64,000 nucleotides of DNA, from assembly GCF_006345805.1 (NCBI RefSeq), contig NC_043015.1:2852001-2916000 (forward strand), read 5' to 3'. Of the stretch, positions 13,250 through 25,877 are shown piece after piece (the stretch's first letter is position 1; the number at the start of each line of letters is the position of its first letter). A program made the position numbers and the translations under genes. A model generated the notes under the pieces. That model searched no databases and was not told the origin of the DNA. It saw nothing but the letters and a program-made list of their open reading frames with translations. Source of the stretch: Octopus sinensis. Taxonomy: Eukaryota.

Positions 13250-14190
13250 CAAGAAGGTTATACACAATAGTATCCGAAAACAAGATCGGGAGATCTTCAA
13301 AATGTAGGATAGGCACTACTCAACTCAACGCAGAAATGAAGGAATTAAACGTTCAAAATCGATTCATATTAAGACATATCAAGAAATAGCCCAAATTCTA
13401 CGTAACATTAAAATCATTAAGAACAGCAAACAGATATAAGACATTGAAGACTATTCTCACCCATGCCAGTCTATTCTTTAGAATAATTGACGCAGTAAGG
13501 TCGCAATAATCGCCGATCTTATCCTAATCTATTAGAAGGATCGGAAGTCCATTTCAGACAAGGACAAATATTCAAAATCAAATCTTTACTTGCACCCCCT
13601 AAAAAGTCATTTGCGTAATCAGATGCTCGGGCTGCCATCGGAACTATATTGGTTCAACAGAAAATTCGATCCGAAAGAGATGTACAGTCCACAGACAACA
13701 AATTTCCTCTCCATAATATCGCCAAATATACCTCCATCAACACATTGACGAATGTGCAGAACGACTGGACATCAACACAAGTAAAACTGAATAAAGAAGC
13801 TTCATTTATCCCAAAATATATAACCAGAATTAAATATGAATCCGTATTAAAAAGAAAGTACTTACCCCACCTAATACAATATATAACCCAGAATAAAGTA
13901 GTGACCACATAAAACAGAAAAAATAAATAAAATTGAAACTTATTGAATTACCTCTAATTTACTGCAAAATAAATGACTTAACAATTATCTCTCCTTGCAA
14001 TATTGCCCCCACACCAGCAATTTACATTTTTTACGTCTCAGTTTGATGAGCAATGGGAAACCAGTCCTCATTTCAATTTTGTTGAAGGCACATAACCTTA
14101 TCTTGTACAAAATTGTGTAATATCTTTATATAGCATGGCTCTAATATACACTTAAATCCAGTAAGACAATTCTTGTTTTTCATTTTTTCT
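13250..14190 (+). mobile_element. Penelope-like element 3' fragment with GIY-YIG endonuclease and terminal repeat
   Basis: FTCTP*KVICVIRCSGCHRNYIGSTENSIRKRCTVHRQQISSP*YRQIYLHQHIDECA (13585-13760). Degenerate hammerhead core TTGATGA-GCAATGG-GAAACCAGTC at 14043-14066. Confidence 0.88.
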
Positions 14191-14207
14191 TTTTCTTTCT
14201 TTCTCTT

Positions 14208-14240
<33 letters not shown>

Positions 14241-14289
14241 GTATATATGTGTGTGTCGTGATGTGTATATTGGATGTATACTTACAATT

Positions 14290-14794
14290 TTCCACTTGTT
14301 TTAGTACTTACACTCTGGTGGAGATATTTTTAACCAGACCGAATAAAATAACCACGTAATATCTTCCGTGCGTAGCGATAGTTTATATATCTTCATATCA
14401 CGATGTGGTGTCAATTTATTTCGTTTTCAAGCGAATATTTTGATGTATATGACTTGATGTAGCAACAGCATTTCATGCAAGACATGCAATAGATTAGAGC
14501 ATGAAATATACTTCCTGAAGGAAAATATAGTCGATCGTGTAAAGATTCGCACGAATGTTTCCAAGAAAATTCCCTAATAAATCACATGTCAGTGGCAGTT
14601 GATAACATGAGGCGGATAACAGTCAAATTACTTAGAAACAAGAAGCAATGTACAACATGCAATATAGTACATTATCAAGATTAATGCAAGTGTGAATATC
14701 TCATTTTGCATGTTGTACACAGTTATCGATTTTAAGGGATATGAATACCGTAGCAGAGATATGGATAAATATATGCATATATATACATATATAT

Positions 14795-14872
<78 letters not shown>

Positions 14873-14932
14873 CATACATATATATATACATATATATATA
14901 TGTAATATATATATATGTATATATATATATGC

Positions 14933-14999
<67 letters not shown>

Positions 15000-15055
15000 C
15001 ATATATATATATATAACATATATATATATATAATATATATATATATATTATATAT

Positions 15056-15089
<34 letters not shown>

Positions 15090-15450
15090 GGAGTTTCTCT
15101 TTAATTTCATCCCGATGAATTCGTTTTCTTCCTTTTCATACGATTCCTAGTTTTACAGTAGTTATTTCTCCTCTTATGGTTTCCTTGAAAATGACAAATA
15201 TGGAAATATATGTCGTTTCCATATTGTCAGAGCAGAGGCCAAATTGCTTTCAGATATTTATTCACCTTTCATCAAAATAATTGCTAAGATATTTCCAACA
15301 TTTTTCAGAGGTATTCTATTTATTCTTATACGACAAAATATTTAGGACGCAAGCAATCTCAATGATAGTAAGTACGGTAATCCAGCTTTAAAACAATACA
15401 AAATTTCGAGAAGTAAATATTAAGTTTCAGCATATTCATCGATATTTATT
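14290..15450 (+). pseudogene. Decayed Fat-like cadherin repeats, split by a (TA)n tract
   Basis: AVDN(fs)EADNSQIT* (14595-14635; cf. A.D.DEG.NA.I.Y), preceded by LPEGKY and an insert as in FAT1 EC12. Also VIDFKGY, LENDKYGNI..VRAE and KYGNPAL. Confidence 0.65.
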
Positions 15451-15649
15451 GCGTACGTGATACGTAATATTTGTGATTTGAAACATCTACGATGCAATCC
15501 GTTAGTGTTTCATCAAATTTGCGCTCTTACGTTGCGTTCTTGCCAAGCGCTCTGCTCTGCTTCTTACGGGAGGTAACAGGAAAATGAATATGTAAAATGA
15601 CGGAGAGGACAATGTCAATACCAATTCATTTCAAAATATGCTTGAGATC

Positions 15650-16312
15650 TTGATGATGATGATGATGATTATCATGACCATGAAGGAGAAGAAGGAGGAA
15701 GAGAAATAGAAGGAGGAAGAGAAAGAGAAGGAGAAGGAGAGGTAGAAGAGGAAGGGGAACAGGAAGGAGATGAAGAGGAAGGAGATGAATTGGAAGACGA
15801 TGAAGTGGAAGATGGTGAGGAAGAAGATGAAGATGAAGGAACGAAGTGGAAGGAGGGGAGGATTAGAGGAGGGGTAGAAGAAGAAGTAGTAGTAGAAGAT
15901 GAAAAAGAAGGAGGAGCAGAAGGAGAGTAGAAGAAGAAGAAGAAGGAGGAGGATGAAGACGAGGAGGATGGGAAGAAGAGGTAGTAGAAGGATAAGTAGA
16001 CGAAGAAGGAGGAGGAGGAGGGGAGAAGAAGTAGAGGTGAGGAGGAAGAGGAAACGGAGGAGGAGGAGAACATGAAGAAGTTGAAGAAATAGAAGGAGAA
16101 GACGAAGAAGAAGGAGAGGACGAAGAAGAAGGAGAAGAAGAAGGAGAAGAAGGAGAAGGAGAAGAAAAAGAAGAAGAAGAAGAAGAGGAGAAGAAGAAGG
16201 CGAAGAAGAAGGAGAAGAAGAAGAAGAAGAAGAAGAAGAAGAAGAAGAAGAAGAAGGAGAAGAAGAAGAAGAAGAAGAAGAAGAAGAAGAAGAAGAAGAA
16301 GAAGAAGAAGAA
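15650..16312. repeat. Polypurine (GAA/GGA)n tract
   Basis: About 650 bp of nearly pure purines, ending in near-pure (GAA)n. Confidence 0.95.
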
Positions 16313-16559
16313 AGTGGACGTGAAACAGAAGTCAATGATATGAATGCGGAAGAGACAACTAACATTTTTCCATCTTTGATCTTTTCTCTTTTTCTCTGTT
16401 TCTTGTTTGCATATGCGCATGCGTGTCTGCATGCCCATGTTTCTGAGCGAGTGGCTTTGCTAATTAGTGTGTATGTCTGTGCTTGTGTACGTGTTTGTTG
16501 TAATCAGATATTGACTTGTGGGTGTATCTAAACTTCTTTTTAGCATTTCGTAATTCATC

Positions 16560-16920
16560 AATACCTGCTACTTTGGCACGTTCCATTCCATTCTCAATAG
16601 GGTTACACAGTACTCTCTTTCAAGTTATGCCTGATTCAATTCATGGAAATTTTATTCTGAATTACCAGATGAGAGAAAATTGTTCGGATTCTTCCTGCTA
16701 GGTAAATGAGATATTTTTTTTTTTTGGTACGTTTAGTGTAGCATGTGGAAATAATTGGTAATGTCTGGAATTTGTTGTGTTGTAATAGATACTGGTTTTT
16801 ATATTCTTATTACAGCCTCCAGACTGTACATATATGGGATGGTAGTATAAAGATTTACTATATCATCAAATGATGGTATCACTTTTAAATATTTTATGAT
16901 GGTTGTTTATTAGGTGTATG
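16560..16920 (+). pseudogene. Decayed Fat-like cadherin repeat
   Basis: HVEIIGN, DTGF(fs)IFLLQPPDC and RFTISSNDGIT; cf. FAT1 FDITGGN..GTGTIIVAKPLDAE..YNLTVEATDGTT (recalled). Confidence 0.6.
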
Positions 16921-17359
16921 TTATAAAATCTTTTTGTGTATTTTAGGAGAAGTTTTAGCAGTAAGTCAAAGAATTTGCTAAGTTTATGTTCCGATTAAGA
17001 AAATTAAAAATAATGTGAAATGTATCACGGTAGATCGGTTGATATATACTTTGTATGTGTACGAGAGAGAGAGCGACAGAGAGAGAGAGAGCGACAGAGA
17101 TAGTGCTAGAGAGAAAGAGAGAGAGAATGCGCAGGGTGAATAGAGTTAGCTTGTGTGTCGAAGGTATGTGTTTGTGGGTGCGATGTGCTGGTAGATGACG
17201 GCTTGAATGTGATTATGGTTGTCGAGAGAATTCTTGCAGGAGAAAGTAAGACAGAACTTGACGTTTTATTACCCACAAGAGGATATACACAGAATGGGAC
17301 AATAGAAAACATTGGGAACACAAAACACCAAAACAAAAAAGCAAAAAAAAAAACATAAG

Positions 17360-17990
17360 CGCATGATAAAGATTAAAAAGGGGTGAAATGAGTCAAGACA
17401 GAACGATAGGGGAATATTCTGATGTGGTGTGGTGCGGGGAGAAAGATGTGTTTAATAATATTGAGGTCGAGAATTTTGATCGAATGGCGTATATATATGA
17501 AGAGAAATGCTTATACCGTTTCACCTAGAGACGACTGACGCCTGATCTCGGATTTATAAGCCTGCTAAAGTTCAAGAGATATTATGGGGAAAGAGGTGGA
17601 CTATCGCGAGTGGGATAACTTATTGCAGTTGTCCAACAAAAGTACACTTATGGATGCAATATCGGAGCGTATATGACAGTCGGGTTGGGATCGAGAATGG
17701 AGTAGGGAAGAGATCCTGGAGGAGAACGGAATGTGGTGAAGGAGTGTCAGTGGACAAAGCATCTGTGAATACTGTATGTTTGTAAGAAGATCTCGGTCAC
17801 AGAAGATGCAGTGTCGGATGGAAATGATAGAAGAGAAGATGATACGTCTTGATTCGGTGGAAGGTAATACGCATGTAAAAGCGATAACGACATTCCGGAC
17901 TTGGTTTTGTTGGATTGAGATGTTGTTAACATCAATGCACATGACTGAGACGAATGACAAGTGAGGAAGAATAAAAATCTAAAGCCTGGA
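17360..17990 (-). mobile_element. Degenerate LINE (CR1/L2-like) 3' remnant
   Basis: Composition and broken reading frames resemble the remnants at 5350-5720 and 11360-11580. No decisive motif. Confidence 0.3.
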
Positions 17991-18479
17991 ACTAAAATGG
18001 CGACTAAAAATTTGAAAACATATTTTAACTGAAAAACAATGAGATAAATGACATATGCTTTGGTTTATTATATCTGTTTCAACACAAGAATACACATCAA
18101 GAATCTAGATAAACGAACATATAAACGTAACATTAATCATCATAATTGTTAAAATACTTTCTTTACTCTGCGTAAGGAAAGATATTTATTCGATAGTTTT
18201 GGCAACAATAGAAACACCGCAGATGTTCTATTGTAGGTTGCATTAGATTTATTTCATATAATTGTTTTATACTAAATTCATTATTGATGTAATATGTATC
18301 GGAAGAGATTATATGTGAGGGCGCTTTTCTCAAAAAAATTTAGAGGCACACACACACGCATACACGCGCGCGCACACAGGCGCACACATACACACACAGG
18401 CACACATATATATGTACACAAAGTCCTTATCAAATATATGTTCACATACAGATGGATATGTGCGCTCATGCTTGTCTGA

Positions 18480-19860
18480 GCGAAAGTAGTGTGTTTTTGT
18501 ATAAATATCCTTCGCTAGTTTCACTATAGATGGCGTGCGAATTTTTAAAATCGTTCAGGACTTTACTACGCCTTTCAAGATGTTGAACGAACAAAAAAAT
18601 ATTAACAATATATTCAAATGGGTGTAAATATTTGGTATACCTTCTTAAGTATGCTGCATAGAAGATATACGAGATTTGCATCTTTCAAGCATGTAGCTTT
18701 CTTTTCAATTGTCTATCACGTGACTCATCGTACTCATCTTTTCTTACAGAATGCAGAACATTAATTTGCAACATTGCTAACTATCGTTTTTGTTTTTGTT
18801 ATTCTCCAGGCCTATGCTCATTTTAATTTATATTATATTTGCAGGAACAATATACGAAGGTAAACATTTTCTTCTGATCCCATGTGTGGAAAAAACGAAG
18901 ATCCTGTATTATTTTTCCCCTTAATTTGTTTTCTTGATATTTTTTGCTTCATCAATCCCCAAAATACAATCCCCGCTTCCCTTCCACAATGAATAGAAAA
19001 TAAAGCCAGTATATATAAACCAGCATACATTTGACGGTTGTCATAATCGGTGGTTAAAATTGCATATTTCTGCATTTTACACTTCGAGAGCCAAAAAATA
19101 CATTTGAATAATAGTTGGCCAAGCCCCCAGAGCAATAGAAAAAGCATAAACACATTATTCTCTGATATTGATATGCAGTCTACTGAGAGACTAATTCTCA
19201 GATTCTTAACCGCATTTAATCATCGACAGCAGGTTTTGTAACCAAATTATCCAGGGGCTATACAAGGAGTTAATGTGACAATGTAATATAAGAGACATTT
19301 TGAAACAGTGTGGTCGGAAATCTTTGTATGAGTGTTAACTTGCAGCTATTAAATGAGTGTTAGATGATCTTTGATTTACAGCATCAAGCATAAAGATGGG
19401 TATTAACTTGCATTCTTCAGTTGCTTCCCATCCAAATATAACATTTTCTCAGCTTTAGCTACCTTAGAACAAGGCATATATCATTTATCCTTTTGCAATT
19501 TCGCTTCTTGCTAGCATTCCAACCAAAATAATTGCAGCCCTTTTCCATCAACAAATTTTATGTGTTTGTAAACATATTGAGGTATTACTTGGATCATATA
19601 GCGGAGAAAATTGGCTAGGCTACTACAATTTCATTACTTGTAGATTATCCCTACAATTTTAAATAATGCCAAGCATCTTGTTTTCATATATGTGACAGAA
19701 GTCATTTCTTGTATTTATTGTATCTTGACCTTTATAATTTTGTTTCATTCTAAGCAGCTTTAGAAGAAATAGTATGTGGTACAAATATCCGCTTACTTAT
19801 TCAGCATTTGTAGTTGATTTTACTCGATTATCCCTGTTCATAAGTTCTAGTAATAAAAAT
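18480..19860 (+). pseudogene. Decayed Fat-like cadherin repeats
   Basis: FAGTIYE, SSDPMCGKNE (cf. A.D.D.GKN), FCFINPQNTI, IHLNNSWP (cf. D.ND..P) and LRFLTAFNH. Confidence 0.5.
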
Positions 19861-19894
19861 GGCCATTCCTGAAATGTGTATGATGTACTCTCTC

Positions 19895-20092
19895 TCTTTC
19901 ACTCTTTTACTTGTTTCAGTCATTTGACTGTGGCTATGCTGGAGCACCGCCTTTAATCGAGTAAATCGACCCCAGGACTTATTCTTTGTAAGCCTAGTAC
20001 TTATTCTATCGGGTCATTTCGCCGAACCGCTAATTTTCGGGGACGTAAACACACCAGCATCGGTTGTCAAGCAATGTTGGGAGGACACAGAC
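19895..20092 (-). mobile_element. SINE, 3' half
   Basis: CTTTTACTTGTTTCAGTCATTTGACTG...CACCAGCATCGGTTGTCAAG matches 7693-7890. Confidence 0.85.
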
Positions 20093-20219
20093 AAAACCAT
20101 GAAAATCGTAGATGTAATTTACTCAATACCAAACATTATACGTTTTTCATAAAAATATTCTGATTTATTTTCCCACGTTCTGATATATTATGTTTACTTG
20201 GTGTCTTATTCATGATTAC

Positions 20220-20941
20220 ATATTCCAACAGTAACAGGTTAATCCTCCCCTGTACCATCTATCTTCATTTAGAATAACAGCAAGGTGAGACCTTTAAAAA
20301 AATGAGAGGAAAGATTTTGAGCATATTATTTGTACACTGCACACGTGATTACAATGAGTGTGCATTTTAGTAACTGACATTTTGAGGGACACGTTCATGG
20401 CATGTTGTCATTTAGTTTCTGCTATTGTGATTTACATATTTATGTTTAAGACACGTGGTATATAGTTAAGAATTTGATGTATTGTTAATCAATGACAATT
20501 CAGCCCGCCGAGTGTCTAGTTGTATACATACACAATGCAAGGTGATCTGTGATACTCTCTGAGGAATTGTGATTCATAGTGTAATTACGATATTTGTCTT
20601 TTACATAGAAAGTTAATACTATAAACAAACTCTCGAAGTGCATGTACTTTGGCAAAATAGGTCTGTTTACAAATAATTCTAACTCATGATTAATGATATT
20701 TGCTGGTATATCTCTTATATTAGTCAGATAATATATAATTTCAGTCATCTAAAATATTACTAATATTATTAATAGCCTTAATATTCAAATTTCGCGATTG
20801 GGTGTGGAAGAAGCATTATTTCACAGATCATACGCCGCTGATCTTCCCTTACAACAGAGCATTAGGATCGCGAATTGGCTGTAAACTATGATACTATATT
20901 GTGCAGACATCTATGCCTGTTTCGTACTCTCTCCGTTCATG

Positions 20942-20973
<32 letters not shown>

Positions 20974-21620
20974 CATACATACATATACATATATAAATGC
21001 AAGCATGCATGTATATCAATATATGTGAATATGTGTGCGTATAAGTGTGCATATATATAAATATGTGTGTGTATAAGTGTGCATATATATGAATATGTGT
21101 GCTTATACGTGTGCATATATGTGAATATGTGTGCGTATAAGTGTGCATATATATGAATATGTGTGCGTGTAAGTGTGCATATATATGAATATGTGTGCGT
21201 ATAAATGTGCATATATATAGATATGTGTGTGTGTAAGTGTGCATATATGTGAATATCTGTGCGTATAAGTGTGCATATATGTGAATATGTGTGCGTATAA
21301 GTGTGCATAAATGTGAATGTGTGTGCGTATAAGTCACATGAAAATCTTTTATTAATTGGTGTCATGAACTACTTGAAGGAGATGATGTCCAATAATAGAT
21401 ATCTCAGGCGAACAGCCACATTGCACCTGCATCAACAATTGAGTAAGAAAATAGGAAGAAATAGTTGTTAAAGGGATCGTGTGTGGTCGCAAAATGTGTA
21501 TAAAAAGCGCATAAATGATAAACACGTACAGGTTATAAACATGGTATTCCAACGTCATCAGGGCTACAAACAAAGCAGGAGAAGATCTATACCACAATAC
21601 CCCACAACAAAATGAACGAG
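20220..21620 (+). pseudogene. Decayed Fat-like cadherin repeats, split by a minisatellite
   Basis: AYYLYTAHV, SFCYCDLHIYV*D, INDNS (20488-20502), IE*ENRKK*LLK (21438-21473; cf. LDYE.R..YLL) and KHGIPTSS. Confidence 0.65.
21019..21333. repeat. 32-bp minisatellite, about 10 copies
   Basis: Unit ATATATGTGAATATGTGTGCGTATAAGTGTGC; units end at 21050, 21082, 21114 and so on. Confidence 0.9.
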
Positions 21621-22164
21621 TGCATACAATAATTAGAAATGAATTAACTTATATTTACAAACACGGACAAATCATCTTAGTTCAGTGTTTATCACTAACG
21701 TATATTTCTTGATTAGGAGCAGTAGAACACTTTCTACGGAAGAACGCATCTCCGAAACTCACTCAGTCACGGTTAGCCGCCGACTAGGGAAAAATTGGGT
21801 GTTTGCCCTATAATAGCGCTTTGTCCCCAGGTTAGCTATTTGCATTCCTCATCATATTTATTGTCAATTACCTTTATAATGCCAAGAAAATGGTTCACGC
21901 GTTTATACTTTGCTAGGAAAATTATGAAAGCGATAAAATAAATATATCCGAAAAAACTGACTTACAGGGTAAAAACCACAAAATTTTACGGTCGATGGGG
22001 GTTGTCTTCCCGTTCGTTTGAACTAAACTTTTACACAGATTGTTTCTTTGTTAGTTAGGAACTAGATAGGCTGGTGGAAGCTACACTTTAAGAAAACTGA
22101 ATAATAAGGACCACCGTAGCATATATATATATATGTATATACATATGTATATTTGTATGTGCAC

Positions 22165-22248
<84 letters not shown>

Positions 22249-22249
<1 letters not shown>

Positions 22250-22545
22250 AATATTATAAAATATTATTTGAGACAAAATATTATTTTTATATTTTAAAAT
22301 TTTGATTTTTTAGATTGGAAGTCCACCTGAAGATTGTCGATCAAGACAAGAAACGATTGTAGTGGCGGTTTTTTTGACTATTATTAAATTTTATGTATTG
22401 ATTAAGTCTTTCCTTGTTTGTTTTGCAAAATAGTGGTTTTGTCTCAAATAATATTTTATAATATTTTACTATAAAATTGGATTTAATCCTAAATCTGATT
22501 TTTTTTCCCTGTAAATTTGGATATATTCCCTAATATTTATTATTT
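22249..22545 (+). mobile_element. Solo Penelope-like terminal repeat with 30-bp inverted end
   Basis: Perfect inverted repeat 22249-22278 / 22437-22466 flanks the hammerhead. The unit lies in (TA)n and is homologous to 52088-52310. Confidence 0.7.
22323..22365 (+). ncRNA. Type I hammerhead ribozyme (Penelope-type, minimal stem III)
   Basis: Stem I CCAC/GTGG; core CTGAAGA; stem II TTGTC-GATCAA-GACAA; GAAA; stem III C-GATT-G; cleavage triplet GTA. Confidence 0.8.
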
Positions 22546-23966
22546 ATATATATACACATATATATATATATATGTATATGTATTTTAATATGTTTATATG
22601 CATGTATGTAACAATGAAATCCGTACAATTGTTGCTTGCATTTTCATGATGTTTCTCTTCTCTTTCGAAAGGGAAGCCTTACAATATTCAAGATATAAAA
22701 CGGAAGACACTGACAAGCGGTAAAACGAAAACAGAAATCAATGGACAATCAACGAATAAAAGCATTTATAGTAGACATAATAGTTACTATTACACACGCG
22801 CACACACATGCGCATACACAGGTGTATATAACAACTAGCAATAGTTTCTCGAAGTAATATAATGTTTAGAAAAATAAGAAACAGTGTAATTAGTGTAAGT
22901 GTCAGTAAAATAAGATATTTTTATTTTAACCAATTTCCTCAACTAAAGGAATCTCTATAATTGCTTATTGTCGGAATAATAGAATGGTTAATGCAATGTT
23001 GTTATATCCAACGAATCCTGTCCTGAAATTAAAAGTGCTGGCGGAACACGTTAAGATGAACTTCGAAGTTTTTGAATAGCAGCAAATCAGTGTTTGCTAA
23101 CTATAAAGGTTAGATACGAGGTAGATACCTAGAAAATACAAGAAAATATCGTGTGACACGAGATTGTATGAATGTGCCTAACTCTATAAAACAACTGTGC
23201 AAGGTATCATACCATATCAGTCATATTTCCTGAATCTCGTGCATAACTGTGGTGTATAGTGTGTTGTTTGTATATAAAAACACAACTATATGGTTTTGCA
23301 TACAAAAACTGTTCTCAAATATTACTTGTTCTCTTGACCTAGAAGTGATGAAGGACAAAGTCGATCACGCCAGAATTTAAAATTAAAATTTAGCCCTCTG
23401 TAAAATTTTAAATAAGAGCGCAAAAGCGGATTAAATGCATTTTTGCATGACGTCTTACCGATTCTAACCGCTCACCGTTTTCATTATAAAAATATCGGTG
23501 TCAACTTATCGCACATTGCCAGTAAATTCGGTAGGGGGGAGCGTAAAGTGATAACATCCACCACTGTTCAGAGATTGTACAGCTATTTATCGAGCTCAAA
23601 ATAGTCAAAGACTAGCTGTGCCTCAGCGGAATTTCTTCTCAGAACGCAACACCACGTAGCTACTCATTTCGTGGGTAGCTTTTTATAATAAAAAATATTA
23701 AAATCTAGCACTGATTGCGAATTACAAACTACGGAAAGATGAAAATGCAAGAAAGTGGGTAATGAAGAAAAGGACGGTGTGATCATGAGGGGATCACGTC
23801 GCAGGAACGTTGAGAGCATCAACAATCAGGTTTGATAAGTCGGAATATGTAAACTGCATTATTGGAGACAATTAAACGTCAAGTATTTTGGAAAGAGAAA
23901 AATGTGAGACCATTCAGAAGTTGTTTTTGTAAGTTCTTATAGATTTAGCTTGTATAATAAGAACAA

Positions 23967-23968
<2 letters not shown>

Positions 23969-23998
<30 letters not shown>

Positions 23999-24036
23999 TA
24001 ATAATAATAATGATAATAATAATAATAATAATAATT

Positions 24037-24128
<92 letters not shown>

Positions 24129-24172
24129 GTCATTGTTATTATTATTATTATTATTAATATTATTATTATTAT
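23969..24172. repeat. Abutting (AAT)n and (ATT)n microsatellites
   Basis: Polarity switches at about 24047. Confidence 0.9.
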
Positions 24173-25599
24173 TCAGTAGTTTTATTTTCACTTCACTACC
24201 GAGCGCAGCTCTGTGTGCCTTGGGTATGTGCTGTGATTTGTTGTGATGCTCTGATGGTTACTGTATGGAGAGTGTTCTGCGTAGTATGTGTGCAGATTAT
24301 TATTATTATTATTATTATCATCGTTATTTTTGTGTGAGAGAGAGCGGTACTTGCCACCAAAGAGACACGGGGGTAAATCATATGAAATTCAGTACACCGA
24401 TGATATCTGACCATCAGATAAGAGTGAAGCAGACATATGCATCAGAACCATATGTGCGCAATACGATGATCTCACATCACGATAAATAGCGTATGACCCT
24501 GCATGTGGGGTCCGGTTAGTATATTCTTTCTGTCGAACAGATCGTCCTGCTCAAATGATCCCTGAATAAGAGTTGTTTAAGAATGTTGAACGTAACATCC
24601 ATAAAAATGAATAGACAACATATTACCTTGGATAATGAGTGTAACCAAAATAGGGATATTGCACTCTATAAAATCACGGTCTTACACACCTACTTACAAA
24701 TGCATATAAATACATTTCTTACTTTGTTTCTTGTTGTCTTATGTTTCTCTAAATGTTAGACGTTATCGTGCAACTTCTTTGATTATTATCCGTTGCATTT
24801 TCTCTGGAAAAAGGTCACGGCGATTTTTCAGTATAACTGAAATCCTATAAACTAATACTTACACCGAGATGCTTTTACTTGATTCTGTACACTCCTTTCG
24901 AAATCTGCTCGGTAGGTAGAGGACACAATATTCATCGACATTTTCCTTCGAAATCAATCTTTGTACAATATCCCACACTCTTCAAGGAAAAATCATGTAT
25001 TGCCAAGAAATTGTAATAAATGTTAATTATTATTTATTTTTTGCTTTTTCATTAGGTTTCTTAGTTTTCCTACTTGAAATTCAAGGAACAATATCCGTGA
25101 CTTTTATATCAACTAGGCAAGACCACATGCAGGAACCCGTCAGACAATCAGCAGGGTCCATTTATAGAACGTTCTTATTAGTTGTTCTAATTACACACAA
25201 AGTCTGCTTTCTTGGTATCCTGTCTAAGATTAATTACACATCTATATCATAACTAACTAGAGCATGTTTTGTTCCCACAAACCAATATTCTACATAATAT
25301 GTGAGATTATTTCAGTCATGATACTAGCATACTATTTTCTTTCCAGATTACTAAAACAGCAGATAGGAAATCTATCTGAGCGAATATGAGATTTCTTTTT
25401 GAGCCCCAATAAAGACATGGTAGAACAACAAAATAGACGGTAAAAATTATTTCACTTGAATAGGTTTAAATCGTCACTGATGGCCTATAGGTTTGTGATT
25501 AATTATTTCGTGACAAATTCATTACTGTCCAAACTTTTGATTTCAGTATACTTATTTCATTGCTTGTATCCTGGATCATAGGTTCGTGACAAATACACA

Positions 25600-25646
<47 letters not shown>

Positions 25647-25650
25647 TTAT

Positions 25651-25714
<64 letters not shown>

Positions 25715-25724
25715 GTATATATAT

Positions 25725-25757
<33 letters not shown>

Positions 25758-25762
25758 GTATA

Positions 25763-25816
<54 letters not shown>

Positions 25817-25818
25817 GT

Positions 25819-25877
<59 letters not shown>

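Noticed and set aside
18833-19153. Hydrophobic 106-aa minus-strand ORF as a membrane protein
   Set aside because: It is antisense to + strand cadherin remnants and has no family motif.
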